Assembly (NCBI GenBank): GCA_963799845.1
Contig: CAWCYI010000007.1
Location: forward strand, 64,001 to 128,000
Origin: an uncultured Nitrososphaerota archaeon
Lineage (GTDB): Archaea > Thermoproteota > Nitrososphaeria > Nitrososphaerales > CADDZS01
Direction of reading: 5' to 3'
DNA length: 64,000 nucleotides
Shown: positions 10,388 through 19,757 of the stretch, piece after piece
Layout: the number at the start of each line of letters is the position of its first letter
Position numbering within the stretch: position 1 is the first letter of the stretch
Translations under genes and position numbers: made by a program
The notes under the pieces: generated by a model
Seen by the model: the letters and a program-made list of their open reading frames with translations, nothing else
Database searches by the model: none
Told to the model about the DNA's origin: nothing

Positions 10388-10759
10388 CTAATGCTGTATT
10401 AGCTCTAACCATATTCCGTTCGGGTCTTTTATGAAAGCAATCTTGCTGTTGGAGCCTTGCAAAGTGTACGGCTCCCTAGCTATTTCCACACCTTTCATCC
10501 TGAAAGCATCCACAGATTTTTTCACGTCTTCAACCATGAACGCGATATGATCAAGCTGATCTCCATCCGTCCAATCCTTTTTCTCACGCCAGAATGTCAG
10601 TTCAATTTCGGATCCATTCTGATCTTTTACAAACGCAATCTCCGCCTTGTTTTCAGGGATCTCTTCTCTTTCAGCTAGTGTCAATCCTAGAATGTCACGG
10701 TAGAAATCAATCGTCTTGTCCATGTCTTTAACGGTGATCGAAGTATGCGCAATCTTCAT
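10388..10759 (-). CDS. VOC family / lactoylglutathione lyase-like protein
   Basis: HTSITV...FYRDILG...EIELT...HIAF...FIKDPNGIWLEL. Confidence 0.9.
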   Translation of the reverse strand: MKIAHTSITVKDMDKTIDFYRDILGLTLAEREEIPENKAEIAFVKDQNGSEIELTFWREKKDWTDGDQLDHIAFMVEDVKKSVDAFRMKGVEIAREPYTLQGSNSKIAFIKDPNGIWLELIQH

Positions 10760-10824
10760 TTGATATCAAGAAGCTCTTTGATAGTTCAAGTTTTAACATT
10801 TCTTTCCGACGTGATTTCATCGAG

Positions 10825-10839
10825 CTACGAAATTCGAAC
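10825..10839 (+). promoter_or_regulatory. Candidate LysM (Lrp) operator upstream of lysY
   Basis: Semi-palindrome CTACGAAATTCGAAC about 36 bp upstream of TATA TTTAAA (10875-10880); resembles the Sulfolobus LysM box as recalled. Confidence 0.45.
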
Positions 10840-10920
10840 ATAGTCTGAATGACGTCCCGAAGCAAGCCGTTAGGTTTAAACGGTATTCGAACATGTGATG
10901 AGTTTGAAAAAAAGTTCAAA

Positions 10921-11985
10921 ATGACAGATACTATGCGCGTCGGAATCGTTGGAGCCTCCGGCTATGTCGGTGGAGAATTGTTTCGGATCCTTGTAAACCA
11001 TCCAAATGTCAAGGTTACGATTGCGACATCGAAGCAGTATGACGGCGAAGTTGTTTACAGGGTGCATCCTAATCTTAGATCGTTCACGGAGTTAAAATTC
11101 ATCGCTCCAAATTTAGATATGCTGACCTCAAACTGTGATTTTGTTTTTACGGCTGTTCCTCATGGGTCTGCGGTCAAAATCGTACCAGAACTCGTGAAAA
11201 CTGGCCTCAAGATTGTTGACATGAGTGCAGATTTCAGGTTGCACAATGTCGAAGCCTATCAACACTGGTACCATTATCAACACCCCCATCCAGAAATGTT
11301 GAAAACAACTCCCCTGGGGATTCCGGAGCTATATCGCGATAAAATCCAGAGTTCGAACCTAGTAGCCAATCCAGGGTGTATGTCGATTACCAGTATTCTT
11401 GCACTAGCACCGTTTGCCAAATCGGGGATCATTGACCTAAACCACATCATTGTTGACTCTAAAATCGGAAGCTCTGGCGGTGGAACAAAGCCCTCGATAG
11501 CTACACACCACGCCGAACGTTACGGCGTCGTCCGACCCTACAAACCCGTAGATCATCGTCACACGGCAGAAATTGAACAGGAGATCTCGAAGTTTGCGGG
11601 GAGAAATGTGAAGGTGTCGATGACGCCCCACGCGGTAAATATCGTCAGGGGAATCTTGTGTACAATTCATACTTTTGGAAAGGAAAAGCTCGAGACTCCC
11701 ATTGTTTGGAAGGCGCTCAGAGACTTTTACAGAGACTCTAGGTTCATTCGGTTTGTAAAGGACAAGAAGGGTCTCGCAAAATACCCAGATCCAAAGATTC
11801 TCCCAGGATCGAACTTTTGCGACATCGGCTTTGAAATTGATGAGAGACTCAACCGCCTGCTTCTTTTGTCAGCGACTGACAATCTGATGAAGGGAGCTGC
11901 GGGTAACGGAGTTCAATGCATGAATCTGATGGCTGGCTTCGAGGAAACCGCCGGCCTTCTCTTTCCGGGGCTGCATCCTGTTTGA
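10921..11985 (+). CDS. lysY: [LysW]-aminoadipate/glutamate phosphate reductase (LysY/ArgC)
   Basis: GIVGASGYVGGE, ANPGC, DNLMKGAAG. Confidence 0.93.
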   Translation: MTDTMRVGIVGASGYVGGELFRILVNHPNVKVTIATSKQYDGEVVYRVHPNLRSFTELKFIAPNLDMLTSNCDFVFTAVPHGSAVKIVPELVKTGLKIVDMSADFRLHNVEAYQHWYHYQHPHPEMLKTTPLGIPELYRDKIQSSNLVANPGCMSITSILALAPFAKSGIIDLNHIIVDSKIGSSGGGTKPSIATHHAERYGVVRPYKPVDHRHTAEIEQEISKFAGRNVKVSMTPHAVNIVRGILCTIHTFGKEKLETPIVWKALRDFYRDSRFIRFVKDKKGLAKYPDPKILPGSNFCDIGFEIDERLNRLLLLSATDNLMKGAAGNGVQCMNLMAGFEETAGLLFPGLHPV

Positions 11986-12794
11986 GTGGTCCGATCATCG
12001 TGTGCAAGATCGGCGGCAGCATAATAGATGGTGTCAGTCCCTCAATTATCGATGATGTGAAGGGTCTTCACAGCGCCGGCACGAAAGTGGTTCTCGTTCA
12101 TGGGGGCGGAGACCAGGTGACTGCTGTTGCGGAAAAGATGGGCAAAAAGCAGGAATTCATAACCTCACCTGAAGGAATCAAGAGCAGGTACACTGACAAG
12201 GAGACCGCAGAAATCTTTACGATGGTAATGTCGGGCCTCCTCGCGAAGCAGATAGTTCAGACACTTGAAAAAAACGGAATCCAGAGCGTGTCTCTTACGG
12301 GTATCGACGGGATGCTACTGAAAGCTCAGAGGAAGAAGAAATTGATCGTGGTTGACGAGCGGGGCAGAAAGGTTGCTATCGAGGGAGGATTTACAGGAAA
12401 AATTAATGGAATAAATTCTAGCTTGCTGGAACTGTTATTGTCAAATAATTTGGTCCCCGTCATATCTCCAGTTGCAGCGGGAGAGGAGTTCGAACTGCTG
12501 AATGTTGATGGAGACCGTGCCTGCTCGCATGTCGCCGGCGCCCTAAAGGCGGATGCGGCAATTTTCTTAACTGACACTGAAGGGTTGATTTTGGACGACG
12601 TTGTGGTTAGTAAGATGAGTACTGAAGAAGGAAGAAAAGCACTACCAAGGATAGGCGCAGGAATGGACAAGAAGGTCATTGCCGCCGTCGAAGCGGTGGA
12701 GATGGGGGCGAAAATGTCTGTCATTGCCTCAGGATTGAAGGAAAATCCGTTGCAGAAGGCGATCTCGGGAATAGGGACGGTTATTTCAAATTGA
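11982..12794 (+). CDS. lysZ: [LysW]-aminoadipate/glutamate kinase (LysZ/ArgB)
   Basis: KIGGS, VHGGG, SRYTD, LNVDGDRA, GMDKK. TTG 11982 overlaps the lysY stop. Confidence 0.93.
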   Translation: MSGPIIVCKIGGSIIDGVSPSIIDDVKGLHSAGTKVVLVHGGGDQVTAVAEKMGKKQEFITSPEGIKSRYTDKETAEIFTMVMSGLLAKQIVQTLEKNGIQSVSLTGIDGMLLKAQRKKKLIVVDERGRKVAIEGGFTGKINGINSSLLELLLSNNLVPVISPVAAGEEFELLNVDGDRACSHVAGALKADAAIFLTDTEGLILDDVVVSKMSTEEGRKALPRIGAGMDKKVIAAVEAVEMGAKMSVIASGLKENPLQKAISGIGTVISN

Positions 12795-14002
12795 ATGAAG
12801 AAGACGCTCATCTAGTTCCCCTCTACCAAAAGTTCCCAATTGAGGTAGTTCGGGGTGATGGAGCTCTCGTTTATGATATGAACGGGCGCGAGTTCATCGA
12901 CCTTTCCGGCGGGTATGGTGTTGCAATCGTTGGGCACTCAAACAAACGAGTTGCAGACGCGATCGCAGAGCAGGCCCACAAGTTAATCACTTGCCACGGA
13001 TCGCTTTACAACGATTCGAGGGAGATGTATCTGTCGCTTCTTTCAAAGCACCTGCCTTCGGGCTTGACCAGAATCTTCTTCAGCAACAGTGGAGCGGAAG
13101 CCAATGAAGCCGCGTTCAAGTTTGCAAGAAAGACGACTGGCCGAGCAAACATCGTCGCGTTCACCGGCAGTTATCACGGGAAGACTTACGGTGCGCTTTC
13201 CGCAACATGGAATCAAAAATACAGAAAACCGTTCGAGCCTCTAGTTCAAGGAGTCAGGTTCTCTCCGTTCGGTAATCTGGAAAAAGCCAAGGAAGCTATT
13301 GACGAAACTGTTTCGGCGGTTATTGTCGAGCCCATTCAGGGCGAGAGCGGGATCCATATACCGCCTGATGACTTTTTGCCGGGGCTCAGAGAGACGACTA
13401 GAGCAAAGGGAGCCTTGCTGATTTTCGACGAGGTGCAGTCAGGTTTCGGCAGGACCGGTAAGCTTTGGGCGTGCGAGAATTGGGGCGTGTCTCCCGACAT
13501 TTTGACCGCGTCAAAAGGTATAGCGGGAGGATTTCCTTTTGCAATTACTGCGACCAACGAATCGATCTCTTCCATAATGAAACCCGGCGAGCATACGAGC
13601 ACATTCGGAGGGAATCCCCTTGGTTGTGCGGCCGCCTATGCTGCGCTGGATTTTGTGATATCTGAAAAGATCCTTGAAAAGGCTATAAACGATGGGGAAT
13701 ACTTCAGAGCTCAACTGGAATCTGTTCGTCAAAAACATCCATCCATTGTCAGAGAAGTTCGCGGAAAGGGGTTGATGGTAGGTGCTGAACTCAAGATTCC
13801 AGTAAAGGACGTGATCACGACTGGATTCGATTATGGTCTGATCTTGCTGTATTCGGGTTTGAACATCTTGCGGTTCCTGCCACCACTTGTCATCACGCGA
13901 TCTCAAATTGACAGAGTTGTTTCAGGGCTGGATCAGATATTTTCTACAATTGAAAAAAGCGGCCCAGCGGCAAAGGTCATCGAAAAGATCGCGTCTGATT
14001 GA
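12791..14002 (+). CDS. lysJ: [LysW]-aminoadipate semialdehyde transaminase (LysJ/ArgD)
   Basis: Class III PLP aminotransferase: NSGAEANE, FDEVQSGFGRTG, SKGIAGG, STFGGNP. Confidence 0.93.
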   Translation: MNEEDAHLVPLYQKFPIEVVRGDGALVYDMNGREFIDLSGGYGVAIVGHSNKRVADAIAEQAHKLITCHGSLYNDSREMYLSLLSKHLPSGLTRIFFSNSGAEANEAAFKFARKTTGRANIVAFTGSYHGKTYGALSATWNQKYRKPFEPLVQGVRFSPFGNLEKAKEAIDETVSAVIVEPIQGESGIHIPPDDFLPGLRETTRAKGALLIFDEVQSGFGRTGKLWACENWGVSPDILTASKGIAGGFPFAITATNESISSIMKPGEHTSTFGGNPLGCAAAYAALDFVISEKILEKAINDGEYFRAQLESVRQKHPSIVREVRGKGLMVGAELKIPVKDVITTGFDYGLILLYSGLNILRFLPPLVITRSQIDRVVSGLDQIFSTIEKSGPAAKVIEKIASD

Positions 14003-14427
14003 GTGCGAAGATGATGGATCATATAGATGAAAAAGTCCTCTCAATTTTGAGAGAGGATAGTCGAAAGTCGTTTGTAGAGATTGCAAAACAAGTCAGCCTT
14101 TCCGAGGCCGCTATCCGCCGAAGAGTATCCAACTTGACAAAGTCCGGCGTGATTTCAAAATTTACAATCGAAACCAATATTGGCCCGCAGGCAAACGCGA
14201 TTAGCCTGCTATCTGTGAATCCGAGTTTTCCTACTTCCGAAATATCAAACCGCTTAAAGAAAACAAAGGGCGTCCAGTCTATTTTCGAAATAACGGGGGA
14301 ATACGACATCGCAGTTATTGTAGGCGGTTCGAATATAGCAGAAATAAATGGGACAATTGACGAAATACGCAAATTGTCAGGCATAGATGATACGAATACC
14401 GTCGTCGTTTTGAAAGTAGTTCGCTGA
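13999..14427 (+). CDS. lysM: Lrp/AsnC regulator LysM
   Basis: DEKVLSILREDSRKSFVEIAK HTH, EITGEYD RAM domain; embedded in the lys operon. Confidence 0.88.
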   Translation: MSAKMMDHIDEKVLSILREDSRKSFVEIAKQVSLSEAAIRRRVSNLTKSGVISKFTIETNIGPQANAISLLSVNPSFPTSEISNRLKKTKGVQSIFEITGEYDIAVIVGGSNIAEINGTIDEIRKLSGIDDTNTVVVLKVVR

Positions 14428-14461
14428 GTTCGCAGCAAGAAGCGTTATATTCGTAACAAAT

Positions 14462-14476
14462 CTGCGTATATCGTAG
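14462..14476 (-). promoter_or_regulatory. Second candidate LysM operator, upstream of homocitrate synthase
   Basis: Reverse complement CTACGATATACGCAG shares the CTACGA half-site with 10825-10839 and lies just downstream of TATA-like TTATAT (14445-14450). Confidence 0.35.
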
Positions 14477-14498
14477 ATATCCAAGAGGCTACACTTTC

Positions 14499-15731
14499 TT
14501 GACCGAGATTGAATTTTCACGCGAACCGCTCCCCACCGATGCCAATTATTATTCTGGAATTTTGAATTCCGAGGGATCGCTATCCAAGCTGCCGAACATT
14601 TCCGTACTCGATTCAACCCTGAGGGAAGGCGAGCAAAGCGTCGGGATTTCTTTTTCGAAGAGACAGAGATTGCAAATTGCATGGATGCTGGATTACTTTG
14701 GCGTCGACAGTATCGAGATCAGTCCAGTGATTTCGGAATCGCACAAGGAGTCTCTCAAAGAAATGAGAAAGGCGGGTTTCAGTGCCCAGATAATTTCGCA
14801 CGGGCGGGCTCTTCCCGCCGATATTGACGTAGCATTGACCTGCGACGTAGAATGGGTCGCGATGTATCATTCAGTGTCGGATGTGCATCTCACGAACAAG
14901 CTCCATGTCTCCAGAGCGGAGGCACTCCAACGATCTGTTAGAGCGGTTGAATACGCAAAGAGCCATGGATTAAAGCTTCGATTTACTGTCGAAGACGCCA
15001 GTCGAGCCGAGCCAGAGTACTTGTCTCATTTCATTTCCGAGATTTCTAGAGCTGGCGCAGATCGGATTGGGATTCCTGACACCGTTGGCATTATGCTTCC
15101 TAGGGGGATGAAGAGGCTGATCCGTATTGCGAAAAATGCAACGGATCTCCCTATCGACGTTCATTGTCACAACGATCTCGGCCTCGCTGTTGCAAATTCT
15201 CTCGCTGCAGTCGAAGCCGGGGCAGACCAGATACACGTTACCATCGACGGAGTTGGTGAAAGAGTTGGAATAGCGTCGCTGGCGGAAGTTACGATGGCGC
15301 TCAGGTTATTGTATGGAGTAAGGCGGCAATTCAGGTATGAAATGCTCAGTGAACTGTCTTCCCTAATTGCCAGCTACTCAAATTCGGAAATTTTTCGTAA
15401 CAAGCCAATGGTGGGTAAGAACGCTTACACTCACAAAGCTGGAACTCATCTTGCTGCGATAATTCAGAACCCCGAGACATATGAACTCATTCCACCAAAA
15501 GCCGTCGGGAACTCTAGAAGGGTTGTTTTCGGCGAACTTTCGGGAAAAAATGGAGCCGCTTTCTTGATGAAAACTTTAGGGCTGGAGCCCTCCACGGAAT
15601 TGAGTCAGAAACTCGCCCTGGGGCTGAAGAACCTCAGAGTAGGAGATCTTTTCGAACTGGGATTAACTGACAAATTGGAAGCTGAAGCCGTAAACGCGAC
15701 TGAAAATATCGCGGCGACGGTTCAAAATTAG
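14499..15731 (+). CDS. Homocitrate synthase (DRE-TIM, LeuA-like without regulatory domain)
   Basis: DSTLREGEQ, HCHNDLG, GVGERVG, HKAGTH; lys operon context. Confidence 0.85.
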   Translation: MTEIEFSREPLPTDANYYSGILNSEGSLSKLPNISVLDSTLREGEQSVGISFSKRQRLQIAWMLDYFGVDSIEISPVISESHKESLKEMRKAGFSAQIISHGRALPADIDVALTCDVEWVAMYHSVSDVHLTNKLHVSRAEALQRSVRAVEYAKSHGLKLRFTVEDASRAEPEYLSHFISEISRAGADRIGIPDTVGIMLPRGMKRLIRIAKNATDLPIDVHCHNDLGLAVANSLAAVEAGADQIHVTIDGVGERVGIASLAEVTMALRLLYGVRRQFRYEMLSELSSLIASYSNSEIFRNKPMVGKNAYTHKAGTHLAAIIQNPETYELIPPKAVGNSRRVVFGELSGKNGAAFLMKTLGLEPSTELSQKLALGLKNLRVGDLFELGLTDKLEAEAVNATENIAATVQN

Positions 15732-15749
15732 GGAGGTGAAAGAAACACG

Positions 15750-15917
15750 ATGAATTGTTTGGAATGCTACGGAGAAATTGGCGTCCCTAAGGACGCGATT
15801 GATGGCGAAATTGTGACTTGCAATGACTGCGGAACGTCTTTTGAACTTGACATAACCGATGCCGCTGTCGTTAGCATAAAGCCCGCAGAAACAGTCGGCG
15901 AGGACTGGGGAGAGTAG
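15750..15917 (+). CDS. lysW: Amino-group carrier protein LysW (55 aa, not in ORF track)
   Basis: MNCLECYGEIGVPKDAIDGEIVTCNDCGTSFELDITDAAVVSIKPAETVGEDWGE: two CxxC and the C-terminal EDWGE; GGAGGTGA Shine-Dalgarno at 15732. Confidence 0.97.
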   Translation: MNCLECYGEIGVPKDAIDGEIVTCNDCGTSFELDITDAAVVSIKPAETVGEDWGE

Positions 15918-15925
15918 GCCAGTCC

Positions 15926-16790
15926 TTGAACCGAATTTCCATGGTCTATGATCTGGTAAGAATCGAAGAGAAGGCGATCATAGAGGCGGCTAAAAAGAGA
16001 AGCGAAATTGAGCTCAAGATTTACGACTCGAAGGATCTTTACTTTGATTTACTCGACGGAAGCGGAGTGCGCGAAAAATTTGGCAGCGTCGTATTGCAAC
16101 GCAGTGCCTCGTACTTTCGGAATCTGCATCTTACTGGGGTCTTAGAGAGTCAGGGCGCTCGCGTTGTTAATGGACTGGATACCGCTCTAAAGACCGGCAA
16201 TAAGCTTCTGACAAGTCTGATTCTGGCAAAAAATGGTGTGCCGACTCCCCGGACTAAACTCGCGTTTACCGAAGAGACTGCGTTGAAGGCATTGAACGAG
16301 TTGGGTTATCCCGCGATATTGAAACCCACAATCGGAAGCTGGGGACGGCTAGTCAGCTCTCCTTAATGACGAGGATGCAGCGAAAAGCGTTATTGAAGAT
16401 CGGGAAGAAATGTTTCCTCTTTACCAGGTGTATTACATTCAAGAAAAAGTAAAGCGGCCCCCCAGGGACATCCGTGCGGTCGTCATTGGCGACAGTACGG
16501 TTGCCGCAATATACAGAATATCGACTACTAGCGATTGGAGAACGAATACTGCACGAGGGGGTAAAGCGGAAAATCTGCCCATTACCGAGGAATTGAATGA
16601 TCTGTGCCTGAAAGCTGCACGGCCTTTCGGGGAAGGGATCTTCGGAGTAGATCTGATGGAGTCAGAAGACAGAGGTCTTCTTGTGCACGAAGTTAACAAC
16701 ACAACTGAATTCAAGAACGTAATGGCCCAGAGCAAAGTGGACATTCCCGGAATAATTGTAGATTACCTGATTGAACTTTCGAGAAAATAG
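15926..16790 (+). CDS. lysX: Alpha-aminoadipate-LysW ligase LysX (ATP-grasp), frameshift near 16354
   Basis: KPTIGSWGRLV joins (A)LLNDEDAA...PPRDIR...WRTNTARGG...HEVNNTTEFK after removing one base. Confidence 0.93.
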
Positions 16791-16813
16791 CTTCAAGAGA
16801 AAGTGTATCCAGC

Positions 16814-17977
16814 ATGACTTCAGAGATCGAAAGTCAGATCGCAAATAGGCCGAGCTTGAAAGAAAAAACAGACCTTATTCTTCAAATTATTTCCGCATAC
16901 TCGCCATCGCAACAAGAAAGTGGTGTCGCGAGAATAATTTTTGACTATCTGAAAATGAGAAGAACGAATCCGCATATTGATGCGGCTGGAAATGTGATTT
17001 GCGAGATCGGAGATGGAGATGACTCAATTTTGTTATGCGGACACATGGACACGGTTCCCGGCGAGCTTCCAGTAAAAATGGAAGGGAACTGGGTTTTTGG
17101 AAGGGGTGCGTGCGATGCCAAGGGTGCTCTACTAAGCTTGCTTTTTGCGTTCGAGAATCTGGCAGGCGCTCATCATAAGAATGCGACAGGGAAGGTAATT
17201 TTTGCTGGAGTAACTGAAGAGGAGCAATCAAGTTCGGGTCTTTCCGAACTAATCCGGGCAAATACGAAAGCGAACTATGCGATATTCGGAGAACCTGGCG
17301 GCTCTTCGAAGATTACTGTGGGGTATCGCGGCCACCTGACCGTGCGGCTTACCATTGTTACTCCGGAAGTCCACGCCAGCGCCCCAAAACTCGTAACCAA
17401 CTCTGCGGAGCTCCTTTACGAAATTTACAAGTCAATAAAAAATGGTCTCGGAGCCGAAAATGACGGATCATTAGATCGGCCTTCGGCATCGATTACGGAA
17501 ATCAGCAGCGGAACAGCGCACAATGTTATTCCTGGGAAAACTGTCGGGACTTTTGATATTCGTGTTCCTTTGGGAAAGACAACTGAACAGTTTAGGGTGA
17601 CTATTCAGAACATAGTTGCTGGTTTTCTCGAGCGGATTTCTGACGCAGCGATTTCATTGTCATTTGACGAGCCGACCGAGCCATACCGTGTTCCGCTAAA
17701 CTCCGCTCTGGTCAGAGCAATTAATCGGGCGATATTGAAAACCGGAGCAAAGCCATCGCTCATAACGAAGTCAGGCACGGGAGACATGAACACATACGCA
17801 ATTGCTTTCGGAGTGGACGCGGTTACATACGGCCCTGGCGAAGCGAAACTGTCTCATTCTTCAGAAGAAAAAGTGAGCATAAGCGAAATATTCGCGTGCG
17901 CCGACATAGTGTCCAATGCGACACTGGAACTTTTTGAGATGAATCGAAAAAATACGAATTCAAAGATAGTATCTTGA
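16814..17977 (+). CDS. lysK: [LysW]-lysine hydrolase LysK (M20 family)
   Basis: GHMDTVPG, GRGACDAKG, EEE, GEP, KSGTGDMN, YGPG, HS. Confidence 0.92.
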   Translation: MTSEIESQIANRPSLKEKTDLILQIISAYSPSQQESGVARIIFDYLKMRRTNPHIDAAGNVICEIGDGDDSILLCGHMDTVPGELPVKMEGNWVFGRGACDAKGALLSLLFAFENLAGAHHKNATGKVIFAGVTEEEQSSSGLSELIRANTKANYAIFGEPGGSSKITVGYRGHLTVRLTIVTPEVHASAPKLVTNSAELLYEIYKSIKNGLGAENDGSLDRPSASITEISSGTAHNVIPGKTVGTFDIRVPLGKTTEQFRVTIQNIVAGFLERISDAAISLSFDEPTEPYRVPLNSALVRAINRAILKTGAKPSLITKSGTGDMNTYAIAFGVDAVTYGPGEAKLSHSSEEKVSISEIFACADIVSNATLELFEMNRKNTNSKIVS

Positions 17978-19245
17978 GAAATATGGCGAACAAAACTCTA
18001 GCGGAAAAGATAATCGGATCGCACACCGCAGAAGGCGAAGTTTCCGCAGGACAGGTTGTAATAGTAAAAGTGGACTACACTTTCACGCATGATGCGGCCG
18101 GTCCTTTGCTAATCAACCAAGTGCAGAAACTCAAGGCCGGATCACTCGACGGGGCAAAAGACCGCACCATATTCTTCATTGACCACGCCGTGCCGAGTCC
18201 CACCAAGGAGCTTTCCAATGACCAGGCCACTGTTCGTAATTTTTCAATGAACAACGGAATGATACTGTCGGATGCGGGAAATGGAATATGCCACCAGGTG
18301 ATGGCTGAAGATTACTCATCCCCGGGCGATCTAATTGTCGGAACTGATTCCCACACCTGTACTTCGGGAGGTCTGGGAGCTTTCGCCACGGGAATGGGAG
18401 CGACCGATATCGCCGTTGCAATGAAACTACGAAAGACCTGGCTTCGAGTACCAGAGTCACTGCGAGTCATTGTAAATGGAACTTTGCCCAGAGGAGTTTT
18501 TGCGAAGGACCTAATTCTGAAAACTCTATTGCTCTTGGGGACCGACGGTGCGACCTACAAATCTATAGAATTCGAAGGATCTGCAATCGATAATTTGGAT
18601 GTCTACGGCAGGCTGACCCTGACAAACATGGCAGTCGAAGCAGGTGCCAAGACGGGAATAATCGCATCAGACGGCAGAACTCTCCAGTACTTGAAAGAGT
18701 TTGACCGGGGCGACAAGTGGAAAGAGCTCAGGGCGGATGAAGGAGCTATCTACGAATCGGAAGTCTCTATCAACGTTAATGATCTCGAACCGCAGATCGC
18801 GCTCCCGAGTTCACCGGACAACGTCAAGCCGATTTCGGAGGTTAAAGATGTCAACGTAAACGAGGTTTTCATTGGGAGCTGTACCAACACAAGAATCGAG
18901 GATATGCGAACGGTTGCTCAAATCTTCAAAAATCGGAAAAAGGCGCGAGGGCTGAAGCTGATTGTTACTCCCTCGTCGCAAAAGGTCTACCTGAGGTGTA
19001 TTCAGGAAGGAATCGTCGAGATCTTGTTGAATGCGGGAGCTCTCGTCACACCCGCGGGCTGCGGTGTGTGTTTTGGAGCATTAGGTGGAATTCCCGCCGA
19101 CAACGATGTAATTTTCTCGAGTTCGAACCGAAACTTTCCTGGTCGAACTGGAAATCCAAAGGCCCAGACATATCTGGGCTCCCCTGCGACAGCCGCCGCA
19201 ACTGCGATAGTTGGCACGATCACTGATCCGAGAGAGTTTGTGTAA
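17974..19245 (+). CDS. Homoaconitase / 3-isopropylmalate dehydratase large subunit
   Basis: IDH, GICHQ, DSHT, IGSCTN, CGVC, NRNFPGR. Confidence 0.9.
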   Translation: MRNMANKTLAEKIIGSHTAEGEVSAGQVVIVKVDYTFTHDAAGPLLINQVQKLKAGSLDGAKDRTIFFIDHAVPSPTKELSNDQATVRNFSMNNGMILSDAGNGICHQVMAEDYSSPGDLIVGTDSHTCTSGGLGAFATGMGATDIAVAMKLRKTWLRVPESLRVIVNGTLPRGVFAKDLILKTLLLLGTDGATYKSIEFEGSAIDNLDVYGRLTLTNMAVEAGAKTGIIASDGRTLQYLKEFDRGDKWKELRADEGAIYESEVSINVNDLEPQIALPSSPDNVKPISEVKDVNVNEVFIGSCTNTRIEDMRTVAQIFKNRKKARGLKLIVTPSSQKVYLRCIQEGIVEILLNAGALVTPAGCGVCFGALGGIPADNDVIFSSSNRNFPGRTGNPKAQTYLGSPATAAATAIVGTITDPREFV

Positions 19246-19262
19246 GAAAGGGTGAATGTGAT

Positions 19263-19757
19263 TTGTCAGGTAAATCTTGGAAATTTGGTGACAATATAAG
19301 CACGGATGAAATTTCGCCAGGCAGATACATGAGTCTCAGATCTAATCTCCCGGAACTTGCCAAACACACTTTGGAAGACGCTCGAAGCGATTTTCCTTCG
19401 GGAGTTAGGCAGGGAGACTTTGTCGTCGCTGGGAAGAATTTTGGAATGGGATCCAGTCGTGAACAGGCCCCGCTAGTTATCAAGATGCTCGGAGTCAAAG
19501 CGGTCATCGCGAATTCATTCGCGAGAATATTTTATCGGAATGCGATCAATATCGGCCTTCCGGCAGTAGTCGTGGATACTTCATTAATAAGCGAAGGGGA
19601 CGTGCTAGACCTTGACCTCTCTGGTGGTCGGATTCTGAACTTGACTAGAAACCAAGAACAGAGTTTTCCCAAGATGTCTAAGACAATGGAAGCTATTTTG
19701 AATGAAGGCGGGTTGCTCACTTACGTAGAGAAATACGGCGATCTTCAACTAGCATGA
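19263..19757 (+). CDS. Homoaconitase / isopropylmalate dehydratase small subunit
   Basis: FGDNISTDEI, NFGMGSSREQA, SFARIFYRNAINIG. Confidence 0.9.
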   Translation: MSGKSWKFGDNISTDEISPGRYMSLRSNLPELAKHTLEDARSDFPSGVRQGDFVVAGKNFGMGSSREQAPLVIKMLGVKAVIANSFARIFYRNAINIGLPAVVVDTSLISEGDVLDLDLSGGRILNLTRNQEQSFPKMSKTMEAILNEGGLLTYVEKYGDLQLA

